A stretch of 24,000 nucleotides of DNA from Corticicoccus populi (lineage in GTDB: Bacteria; Bacillota; Bacilli; Staphylococcales; Salinicoccaceae): positions 1,435,775 through 1,459,774 of the forward strand of contig NZ_JBHUOQ010000001.1 in NCBI RefSeq assembly GCF_042686195.1, read 5' to 3'. Under the pieces are notes generated by a model. The model had not been told where the DNA came from and searched no databases. It worked only from the letters and a program-made list of their open reading frames with translations. The first letter of the stretch is position 1; every line of letters begins with the position of its first letter. The position numbers were made by a program, and so were the translations under genes. Shown here one piece after another: positions 8,018 to 15,522 of the stretch.

Positions 8018-8689
8018 TTACGCCTTTGAAAACGTTAACACATCTATAACAGACGGATTTCCAGTGTACAATGACACCGCGGCCTGATGAACAGTAATAC
8101 CGGTCGTATAAATATCGTCAACAATCAGCACTTTCGAACCCTGAATGCTATCCGCATCAAACCCTTCTTTAAAACGAAAAGGATTGATGCGTTTTAGACG
8201 TTCAGTTTTTTTAAGTTCGGACTGCCGCTCTGTTTTCTCTGTCACCAGTATATCCTGATACTTGATTTTCAGAACATCCAAAACCATGGCTGTCTGATTA
8301 AATCCCCGTTCACGAAGCCGTCCGGCGGAAACAGGCACAGGTATAATAACATCATATTCCCTAAAGTTGTATTTTAAAAACATTGCTAAAACTTCGGCAA
8401 GCGCTGCATCCCCGACAAACTTATATCTGTGGAAAAGCATCTTGACCTCTTCATTGTAATCAAGCATACATGTGATTTTCCTGAGCGGGGGATATATTGC
8501 TAAAGCCTGACAGTCTGGGCAGTCTGTCATACCCGGTTTCTTCAGATGATAACAGCGGGCACACCGCTCACCCGGCCGCCATTCTCCGAGTGACACTTCA
8601 CAGCTTATGCAGAGCGGTTTTACTTTCTGGAATAAAGTAATCAAGTTGACCTCTTCAGTAATTTTCTCATGACAGTATAAACATCTCAT
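8018..8689 (-). CDS. comFC: Competence protein ComFC (PRTase-fold, ComF family)
   Basis: 223 aa with N-terminal Cys4 clusters (CLYC...CISC; CARC...CPDC) and the phosphoribosyltransferase motif VLIVDDIYTTGITV. It overlaps comFA by 4 nt. Confidence 0.9.
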   Translation of the reverse strand: MRCLYCHEKITEEVNLITLFQKVKPLCISCEVSLGEWRPGERCARCYHLKKPGMTDCPDCQALAIYPPLRKITCMLDYNEEVKMLFHRYKFVGDAALAEVLAMFLKYNFREYDVIIPVPVSAGRLRERGFNQTAMVLDVLKIKYQDILVTEKTERQSELKKTERLKRINPFRFKEGFDADSIQGSKVLIVDDIYTTGITVHQAAVSLYTGNPSVIDVLTFSKA

Positions 8690-9936
8690 ACCGAAGTTTT
8701 TCCTCTATTAAACTGTCTGATGACCTTAATTGTCTTTCTGATATCACCTGTATGACAGGAGCTGAGAAAATATATATTTCCGACAGGGTCGGTAGTTTTT
8801 CTGCCCACACGTCCGCATATTTGAATCAGACTGTCACTTTTGAATTCATCCGCCTGAACAACAATCACATCAAGGCGGTTGAATGTTACACCACGCTCAA
8901 GAATGGTCGTCGTCAGCAGTACATCTGTATCATCCTGCCGCATCATCTCCACTTTTCCGTACCGCTCAGCATCAGCACTGTAAACAGACGCAGTATTTTC
9001 AAACGCTTTTTCAACTACAGGCGCAAGTTGTTTAAGCATCGAAATTCTCGGCACAAAAACAAGGACTCTCCTCTTATCTCCCTGGATTTTCCGGATTAAG
9101 TCAAATAACTTCACCGGTGTTTTTCTCTTTTCAAGGGCTTTATTAATATCCGTGTAAATCACATTGGGTACCGCAAGATCTTTTCCGTGATACCGCCGCG
9201 TAATGCTGACTACATTTTCACGTCCGACATAGCGGATCATCTTTTTCGTCGGTGTTGCGGTCATGATGACCACACTTCCCGACTTACTGAGTGCCCTGTC
9301 TATTGCATTTAACAGCTGGGGATTCCCCTGAAGCGGAAAGGCATCATATTCATCCACAATAATTACATCAAAATGATCAATGTAATTATACAGCTGATGG
9401 GCTGTACATACCGTGAAAGAATGAGTATATTCCACCTTCACTCCGGAATACATCAAATCAATTTCACTGTTTTTAAAGGCCGCCGTCAGACGAAGATGAA
9501 TCTCCTTCACCACATCGATTCTCGGCGATACAAACGCCACACGCTTCCCGCTGTTTCTCGCATACTTAATCGCTTCAAATGTAATTTCAGTTTTTCCTGC
9601 ACCGGTGACTGCATACAATAAAATATGTGTGCCTTGTTTCACTGCCTCAACAATTCTTTTAGACGCAGACTGCTGCACCTCGCTTAAACTGAAATCCAAA
9701 TGATAGCTGCATGCTTCTTTCGTTCTCTTTGAATCAATCATCATCAGGGGCCGGGCACTGTCCGAACGACCGAGATTGATACAGTTCAGGCAGTACGTGA
9801 CCCGTTTGTTCAGATATGTGTCCAAAAAAGTGTGAAATAAACTTCTGTCGCGGTTACTGCACCTGAAACAGTGCATTTTCTGAGCATCCACACCTGACGG
9901 TTTATACTGTATATTTCCGTTTGATTTCAGTATCAT
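8686..9936 (-). CDS. comFA: Competence DNA-uptake helicase/translocase ComFA
   Basis: 416 aa with N-terminal Cys pairs (CFRC...CLNC), Walker A TGAGKTE, a DEAD-like box IIVDEYDAF and a helicase C domain (TTTILERGVTF...QICGRVGR). No comFB lies between comFA and comFC. Confidence 0.9.
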   Translation of the reverse strand: MILKSNGNIQYKPSGVDAQKMHCFRCSNRDRSLFHTFLDTYLNKRVTYCLNCINLGRSDSARPLMMIDSKRTKEACSYHLDFSLSEVQQSASKRIVEAVKQGTHILLYAVTGAGKTEITFEAIKYARNSGKRVAFVSPRIDVVKEIHLRLTAAFKNSEIDLMYSGVKVEYTHSFTVCTAHQLYNYIDHFDVIIVDEYDAFPLQGNPQLLNAIDRALSKSGSVVIMTATPTKKMIRYVGRENVVSITRRYHGKDLAVPNVIYTDINKALEKRKTPVKLFDLIRKIQGDKRRVLVFVPRISMLKQLAPVVEKAFENTASVYSADAERYGKVEMMRQDDTDVLLTTTILERGVTFNRLDVIVVQADEFKSDSLIQICGRVGRKTTDPVGNIYFLSSCHTGDIRKTIKVIRQFNRGKTSV

Positions 9937-9947
9937 TTTTTCTCCTC

Positions 9948-9982
9948 AAAAAAAGACGCAGCCAAATAAAGGCTGCGTCTTT
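9948..9982 (-). terminator. Strong intrinsic terminator after degV, directly abutting the comFA SD
   Basis: The reverse strand reads AAAGACGCAGCC-tttattt-GGCTGCGTCTTT-TTTT, followed at once by GAGGAG, 5 nt, and the comFA ATG. Confidence 0.85.
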
Positions 9983-9988
9983 AATATT

Positions 9989-10861
9989 TTATTCTGCTGT
10001 ATCGATATCATAAGTCGTATATCCGATACCGAGCGCCCCTTCCCCGAGGTGGGTCGCAATTACCGGTCCGAAATAACTCTGCCTGAACAGAACATCCGGG
10101 AACTTTTCTTCCAAATGTTTCTGCCATTCCGCCGCTCTTTCCGGTGCATTACTGTGAATGACTACAGCGGTAATTTTTTTACCTTTGTGCTTCTCAAATA
10201 CTGTCTCTAAGTCGGCTTCTACTTTTCTAACCGCCTTTTTCATTGTGCGTATCTTTTCGTAAGGCACAATTTTACCATCTTCAAATGTTAACACCGGCTT
10301 CACCTTTAACATGCTGCCGATTAAGGCCTGGGCATTCGTTAAACGGCCGCCTTTTTGGAGATTATTCAATGTATCAACGATGAAAAAGGCATCGGTATGT
10401 TCTTTTTTCTTCATTTCATTCACATCAGTAAGGATATCTTCAAGCGGCTTTTTATCTTTATTCTGTGCTGCATAGAGCGCCATAAAGCCCTGCACATAAC
10501 AGGCAATTTCAGTGTCTATGACATGAAGGTTAATTCCTTCCACACTTTCTCCCGCAGAAACAGCACTTTGATATGTTCCGCTGATTCCTGCTGATAAATG
10601 AAAACTGATTACATCCGTATATCCTTCTCTTCTAAGAGATTCAAGCAGCAGGATATAATCTCCAATTGACGGCTGACTCGTTCCCGGAAGCGAATCAGAT
10701 TCATTCATCCGCTTAAAAAATTCTTCAGTTGAAATATCTATCCCTTCCCTGTAGGACGATTCTCCAAAGACAATGTTTAACGGTATTGTATAAATATCAT
10801 TCTTTTTTAACAATGCCTCGGGCAGATATGCTGTTGAATCCACTACTATCGCTATCTTCAT
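9989..10861 (-). CDS. DegV family fatty-acid-binding protein (FakB-like)
   Basis: 290 aa. The N-terminus MKIAIVVDSTAYLP, the overall DegV pattern (GTSQPS, ISGTYQSA) and the position next to comFA match Bacillus and Staphylococcus. Confidence 0.92.
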   Translation of the reverse strand: MKIAIVVDSTAYLPEALLKKNDIYTIPLNIVFGESSYREGIDISTEEFFKRMNESDSLPGTSQPSIGDYILLLESLRREGYTDVISFHLSAGISGTYQSAVSAGESVEGINLHVIDTEIACYVQGFMALYAAQNKDKKPLEDILTDVNEMKKKEHTDAFFIVDTLNNLQKGGRLTNAQALIGSMLKVKPVLTFEDGKIVPYEKIRTMKKAVRKVEADLETVFEKHKGKKITAVVIHSNAPERAAEWQKHLEEKFPDVLFRQSYFGPVIATHLGEGALGIGYTTYDIDTAE

Positions 10862-10928
10862 AAATGATCCTCCATTTGTACATTCACACTCTTTTCCAGT
10901 GTACTACAATCCACTCCGCTCCGTCTAT

Positions 10929-10939
10929 TGTGTTACTAT
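10929..10939 (+). promoter_or_regulatory. Putative -16 TRTG / -10 promoter (TGTGtTACTAT) for the YigZ-family gene
   Basis: The sequence is ttGTGTTACTATagtttcataaagaggtgacatcATG. The predicted leader is very short. Confidence 0.35.
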
Positions 10940-10961
10940 AGTTTCATAAAGAGGTGACATC

Positions 10962-11597
10962 ATGGAACAGAAATATATGAACCACAATAATGATACAGTT
11001 GAAATAGAAATTAACCGTTCCCGGTTTATCAGCCACATCGAACGAACAGAAACTGAAAAAGAAGCAAAAGCATTTATCAGCAGAATTAAAAAAGAACACA
11101 GCAGTGCAAATCATAACTGCAGTGCATACATCGTCGGGAAAAGTGCATTGATACAAAAGGCGGATGATGACGGCGAACCGACCGGTACAGCAGGTGTTCC
11201 GATACTTGAAGTTCTGAAGCGGGAGGAACTGTACAATGTAACCGTTGTTGTCACACGCTATTTCGGAGGCATTAAACTTGGTGCAGGCGGGCTGATTCGT
11301 GCATATTCATCTTCAGCAAGTGCTGCTGTCAAAGAAGCGGGAAAAGTATTCGAAATTGATATGCATCCGGTCACTGTCACTTTGGACTACACTTTTACCA
11401 GCAAGTTCGAACACTATTTGAACACAGCGGATATTACCGCTCAAAATATCGACTACACAGATAAAGTTACTTACCATCTGCTTGTGAAGACTGAAGACAT
11501 TGATGCGTTAAAGTCAGTACTTCAGGAAACAACAAAAAACACTTTCAACTTTATACAGGATGATCCCGTACAGGCAGAAAGTGTTTTAAAATCATGA
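10962..11597 (+). CDS. YigZ/IMPACT family protein (UPF0029; B. subtilis YvyE-like)
   Basis: 211 aa with conserved blocks SRFISHI, HNCSAYIVG, DDGEPTGTAGVPIL and VVVTRYFGGIKLGAGGLIRAY. An AAGAGGTGA SD precedes the ATG. Confidence 0.9.
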   Translation: MEQKYMNHNNDTVEIEINRSRFISHIERTETEKEAKAFISRIKKEHSSANHNCSAYIVGKSALIQKADDDGEPTGTAGVPILEVLKREELYNVTVVVTRYFGGIKLGAGGLIRAYSSSASAAVKEAGKVFEIDMHPVTVTLDYTFTSKFEHYLNTADITAQNIDYTDKVTYHLLVKTEDIDALKSVLQETTKNTFNFIQDDPVQAESVLKS

Positions 11598-12644
11598 TAT
11601 TATTTTATGCACAATTCGTTTAAAGAAGTTAAGAATCGGCTTTTTATTATCACCGAGCAGGTTTGTGGACTCTACTATAATCATCGTTGTTAAAATCAGA
11701 AGTATCGTAATAATGACTGCACCCGGCACCGTTGACAAGTACAGAATAATACTCCCCGCTGAGTAAAGAACAGCGATAAAGTATATCAGCACCACACTCT
11801 CAAGATGGGTGTATCCCATATTCTGAAGCCGGTGGTGAATATGATTCCGGTCTGCTTTCACCATCGACACATTATTTCTGTAGCGCCGGAGCATCGCAAA
11901 CATCATGTCAATAAACGGTACCGCTAAAATGATAATCGGGAAAAATAATGATATCAGTGTAATATTTTTAAAGCCCATCAGTGAAACCACACTGATGATA
12001 TAACCGAGCATCATTGCACCATTGTCACCGAGAAATATTTTTGCCGGGTGGAAATTATACACCAGAAAGCCTGAACAGGCACCGATCATAATAACGCAGA
12101 TCATCATAACAAAAATATTATCCTGTAGAATCGTAATGAAACCGATACTCGCGAGTGCAATAATCGAAACACCTGTTGCAAGACCGTCAAGGCCGTCAAT
12201 AATGTTGATGGCATTAATAATCGCAACCATCCACAAGACAGTAATCGGAATAGAAAATATACCGAATTCTATTTCGATGCCGAACGGCGTAATACTGTCT
12301 ATGACAATACCGTATGATATTGGAATTGCTATAGTAATCAGCTGTCCGACAAATTTTATTGTCGGTTTTAAATCAAATTTATCATCAATAATACCAATCA
12401 GACATATAATAATTCCGCCGATAATCAGCGGCTTATACTCTACTTCAATCGGTCTTGAAATTAAAAGCACAGTAATAAACGTGATCAATATTGCCGCTCC
12501 GCCTAAATGAGGAATCGGTTTTTTATTGACACGTCTGAAATTTGGATAGTCCACGAAACCGTAACGTTTCGATATCCATATGAAAAGGGGCATTATAATA
12601 ACCGCTATTAAAAACGATATCAAGAGCAAGAATAAAGTATACAT
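11592..12644 (-). CDS. tagO: Undecaprenyl-phosphate N-acetylglucosamine-1-phosphate transferase (TagO/TarO, MraY/WecA family GT4); first step of wall teichoic acid synthesis
   Basis: A polytopic membrane protein with the motifs IIDDKFDLKP, NAINIIDGLDGLATG and FLGDNGAMMLGY. The track ORF extends to 12725 (377 aa). Starting at ATG 12644 (MYTLFLLLISF...) gives 350 aa and puts the KKPIPHLGG block at the distance from the N-terminus seen in TagO/TarO homologs. The start is uncertain by 27 codons. Confidence 0.88.
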   Translation of the reverse strand: MYTLFLLLISFLIAVIIMPLFIWISKRYGFVDYPNFRRVNKKPIPHLGGAAILITFITVLLISRPIEVEYKPLIIGGIIICLIGIIDDKFDLKPTIKFVGQLITIAIPISYGIVIDSITPFGIEIEFGIFSIPITVLWMVAIINAINIIDGLDGLATGVSIIALASIGFITILQDNIFVMMICVIMIGACSGFLVYNFHPAKIFLGDNGAMMLGYIISVVSLMGFKNITLISLFFPIIILAVPFIDMMFAMLRRYRNNVSMVKADRNHIHHRLQNMGYTHLESVVLIYFIAVLYSAGSIILYLSTVPGAVIITILLILTTMIIVESTNLLGDNKKPILNFFKRIVHKIIS

Positions 12645-12791
12645 ACCATCACCAAGAAATTTATTGTCAATATAATATATCACATTCCATATATATAATC
12701 GAACACTAGTTGTAAAACCATTCATTTATTATTTGTTTTCCACATATTTCATTGTATAATTATTATAATATACTAAAGGAGTATTTTAATC

Positions 12792-13754
12792 ATGCGAAAT
12801 TCTGAAAAAAGAGGCAGATCCACTGCATTTAAAGTTTTAATTACAATCTTTCTTGTATTACTTCTCGTATTTGTCGGTCTTGCAGTCTACGTATACTTAC
12901 AATTAAAAGGCACAGCGGATTCAATGTACGATGATGACTTCGAAGATTCACAGTCCCAGCTGAGAGACACTGATGTACAGATTAATGAAGGCGACCCGAT
13001 TTCTGTTGTTTTATTCGGTACCGATGATGACGAAGCACGTAACGAGGTTCAAATGGGGCAGCGTTCCGATACGATGATGGTCGTGACACTCAACCCGAAT
13101 ACCGGTGAAGGAAAAATGGTCAGTATCCCGCGTGATACCCGCGCTGAAATTGTTGATCAGGGTACTGTTGAAAAAATCAACCATGCCTATGCATACGGCG
13201 GGCCTGTCGGTGCCAAAAATACGGTAGAAAACTTCCTTGATGTCCCGATTGATTACTTTGTTTCAATTAATATGGATGGTTTTGAAACTATCGTTGATGA
13301 ACTCGGCGGTGTCACTGTGACAAGTAATGATACATTTGAACAATCCGGTTATACTTTCAATCACGGACAGACTTATGAAATGGACGGCGAAGAAGCACTC
13401 GCATTTGCACGCGCAAGAAAAGGTGTCGGTTCAGGCGGCGACGGCGGACGCCAGCAGCGCCAGCAGCTGCTCGTACAGGCAATTGCAAAGGAAATGATCA
13501 GCCTGCAGACTGTAACAAACTTCAACTCCATACTTGATGTTTTAGGTGATAATATCCGTACAAACATTCAATTTAATGAAATGAACACTTTAAGAAGTGA
13601 ATATCAGGATGCAGCAACAAATATCGATCGACTGCTCTTGGAAGGCTACGATGAACGTTCTGCTGAAGATAATTTATACTACTTCTATCCGGACGATGCA
13701 TCATACGAAGAAGTGAAAAGTGAGCTGCAGAACAACTTAGAGATTGCTGAATAG
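12792..13754 (+). CDS. LytR-CpsA-Psr (LCP) family glycopolymer-peptidoglycan ligase
   Basis: 320 aa with an N-terminal TM anchor (VLITIFLVLLLVFVGLAVYVYL). The LCP core includes VVLFGTDDDE, RSDTMMVVTLNP, VSIPRDT, INHAYAYGG and ALAFARARK. Confidence 0.92.
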   Translation: MRNSEKRGRSTAFKVLITIFLVLLLVFVGLAVYVYLQLKGTADSMYDDDFEDSQSQLRDTDVQINEGDPISVVLFGTDDDEARNEVQMGQRSDTMMVVTLNPNTGEGKMVSIPRDTRAEIVDQGTVEKINHAYAYGGPVGAKNTVENFLDVPIDYFVSINMDGFETIVDELGGVTVTSNDTFEQSGYTFNHGQTYEMDGEEALAFARARKGVGSGGDGGRQQRQQLLVQAIAKEMISLQTVTNFNSILDVLGDNIRTNIQFNEMNTLRSEYQDAATNIDRLLLEGYDERSAEDNLYYFYPDDASYEEVKSELQNNLEIAE

Positions 13755-13768
13755 GAAGGAATGAGGTT

Positions 13769-14821
13769 ATGCTAATTGATTTTGTGCTGAACATATCTTT
13801 AACAATCACCGGTATATACCTCTTTCATAGAATCCATTATATAGAGGACCGCCGGATGGTTGACTCAGATGTGTTTCAGACACTTCTGATGACGACCCTG
13901 GCGGTTCTTTTACTGCTGGTGCCGATTGAAATCAGAGGTGTGGAGTTCAGCTTGTTTTTTGTACCGCTTCTCCTGGTAAGAAGCAGACTTTTATTCAAAA
14001 TGGGTGCCGCTGTTGCTGTCTACTTGTTTTATCATTTAATCCTCGGCTATGAATGGCAGATTTATGTGATATTCAGTGTACTCTATCTGGTGACTATGAC
14101 AATACTGCCGTTTATACGAGTGATGCGGACGAGAGTCATGTTGATTTTAAACGTCGTCTTCAGTGCACTTCTTCTCCTCGGCGTGCATCTTTTTGTTCAT
14201 GAATTGACCATCGCCCAAACCATAACATTTTTGTTAATGAGTATGATTGTAATGGCTGTTTCCAATATGACTTATGAAGATATTAATTCGATTACAAAAC
14301 TGATGAAGCGTTATGAAGAAGACACTTATAAGGATCATCTCACCCAGCTCGGCAACATACGGTCACTGGATACTTTCGTCGATGATTTAAATGAGCATGC
14401 AGAAACTCTCAGTGTCCTACTGATTGATATCGACAATTTCAAAGTCATCAATGATGAACATACCTACCTTGCGGGAGATGCCCTGATTAAGCAGGTTGCC
14501 CACCTTCTTGAAAATCATGTTCCGACAGGTGGAAGGCTGTTCCGTAATAATGGCGAAGAGTTTTCAATTATCATTCCGGATATTTCGCTTGATAAAACAG
14601 TGCGTCTTGGTGAAGCGGTCCGATTAAGTGTTGAAAAAGCCAAGTTCCATATCGACGATGTCTCACAGGAAACCGTTCAGCTCACGGTTTCGATAGGTGT
14701 CGGCTTTAAAGGATCTGATAAAACACTCGGCAGACTGTTTAAAGATGCTGATGATATGCTCCACGCAGCAAAAAAAATGGGACAGAACCAGGTCATGTTC
14801 TATCCCGTCATAAAAAAATAA
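13769..14821 (+). CDS. gdpS: Integral-membrane GGDEF-domain protein with a degenerate NGEEF motif (GdpS-like)
   Basis: About 170 aa of 5-6 TM helices, then a GGDEF fold (LLIDIDNFKVINDEHTYLAGD ... RLFRNNGEEFSIII ... SIGVG ... DADDMLHAAKKMGQNQV). Its position matches what I recall for staphylococcal gdpS. The symbol is tentative. Confidence 0.85.
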   Translation: MLIDFVLNISLTITGIYLFHRIHYIEDRRMVDSDVFQTLLMTTLAVLLLLVPIEIRGVEFSLFFVPLLLVRSRLLFKMGAAVAVYLFYHLILGYEWQIYVIFSVLYLVTMTILPFIRVMRTRVMLILNVVFSALLLLGVHLFVHELTIAQTITFLLMSMIVMAVSNMTYEDINSITKLMKRYEEDTYKDHLTQLGNIRSLDTFVDDLNEHAETLSVLLIDIDNFKVINDEHTYLAGDALIKQVAHLLENHVPTGGRLFRNNGEEFSIIIPDISLDKTVRLGEAVRLSVEKAKFHIDDVSQETVQLTVSIGVGFKGSDKTLGRLFKDADDMLHAAKKMGQNQVMFYPVIKK

Positions 14822-14850
14822 GGATTCCCTCGGGGAATCCTTATTTTTTT
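14821..14850. terminator. Bidirectional intrinsic terminator shared by the convergent GGDEF gene and ytxJ
   Basis: AGGATTCCC-tcg-GGGAATCCT is flanked by an A-run upstream (TAAAAAAATA) and TATTTTTTT downstream. Confidence 0.85.
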
Positions 14851-15169
14851 AATCTTCTACTGCTGCTAGTTTCGACAATGTAATATTCTGATGTGAGTCA
14901 TTCCATTTTACTTTACCGTTCTCTATATAGAATGCCTGAGGCGATTCGTGTTTAATATCGAACACCTCACTGATATAATCAGATAAATCACGGTGATCCT
15001 GAACAATTAAATAATAACCATCTATATCTCTTTCATAGTGATATTTTTGAAATTCCTCAAATGCTTCTCCGGATATCGGGCATGTATTTGAATGTTTCAT
15101 AAAATAAAACAGCTCTTTTTCCTTAAGAAGCTTCTGAAATGATTCGATGGATGTAATTTTAGTTAACAT
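14849..15169 (-). CDS. ytxJ: Bacillithiol-system monothiol thioredoxin-fold protein YtxJ
   Basis: 106 aa with the characteristic single-Cys TCPIS motif (FMKHSNTCPISGEAF) and typical YtxJ length. An AAGGGTGA SD precedes the ATG. Confidence 0.88.
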   Translation of the reverse strand: MLTKITSIESFQKLLKEKELFYFMKHSNTCPISGEAFEEFQKYHYERDIDGYYLIVQDHRDLSDYISEVFDIKHESPQAFYIENGKVKWNDSHQNITLSKLAAVED

Positions 15170-15240
15170 TTTATCACCCTTTTTCTGAACTTAATATAAT
15201 TTATCATTAAATGCCTAATTTCGCAAATCACGTTTATCTC

Positions 15241-15251
15241 TGTGTTATAAT
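15241..15251 (+). promoter_or_regulatory. Putative -16 TRTG / -10 promoter (TGTGtTATAAT) for the small membrane protein gene
   Basis: The sequence ctcTGTGTTATAATgacaaagattGGAGG matches the -16/-10 consensus perfectly. The predicted leader is very short. Confidence 0.4.
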
Positions 15252-15274
15252 GACAAAGATTGGAGGTATATTTA

Positions 15275-15514
15275 ATGAATAAGCAAATTAAACGCTGGAG
15301 TCTGATTGACACCATTAATCTTGCCCTTTTAATTGTTGTCGTTCTGTTCTTCATTGATTTTGAAAATAACGCAGTCCTGACATGGATTCTGCTCGCTGTT
15401 TTTCTGTTCTGGCTGATTACAGTAGCACTCAGAAATGTCTTCATTTCAAAAATTGAAAAAGATCCGAATCACCCGCTGCATGAAACACAGGTGAAGGGCC
15501 GGAAAAAAATTTAA
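15275..15514 (+). CDS. Hypothetical small 2-TM membrane protein (79 aa)
   Basis: The track ORF starts at TTG 15260. The ATG at 15275 (MNKQIKRWSLIDTINLALLIVVVLFF...) has a GGAGG SD 8 nt upstream. It has two clear hydrophobic helices and a basic C-terminal tail. I recognise no family. Confidence 0.6.
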   Translation: MNKQIKRWSLIDTINLALLIVVVLFFIDFENNAVLTWILLAVFLFWLITVALRNVFISKIEKDPNHPLHETQVKGRKKI

Positions 15515-15522
15515 AGAGCCGC

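Noticed and set aside
12022-12510. 162-aa plus-strand ORF antisense to tagO. Similar long antisense ORFs occur at 6187..6555 (in secA), 8752..9099 and 9373..9621 (in comFA), 7503..7826 (in hpf), 21654..21965 and 21718..22086 (in the oxidoreductase gene), 3814..4561 (in prfB), and 22724..23032.
   Set aside because: All lie entirely inside well-supported genes on the opposite strand, lack SD sequences, and have the skewed, low-complexity composition (I/S/F-rich) typical of mirror-frame artefacts.
15163-15444. 93-aa minus-strand ORF spanning the ytxJ start and the divergent intergenic region.
   Set aside because: It overlaps the ytxJ start, runs antisense to the better-supported small membrane protein gene (which has a GGAGG SD and a TGTGnTATAAT promoter), and has no SD or recognisable fold.
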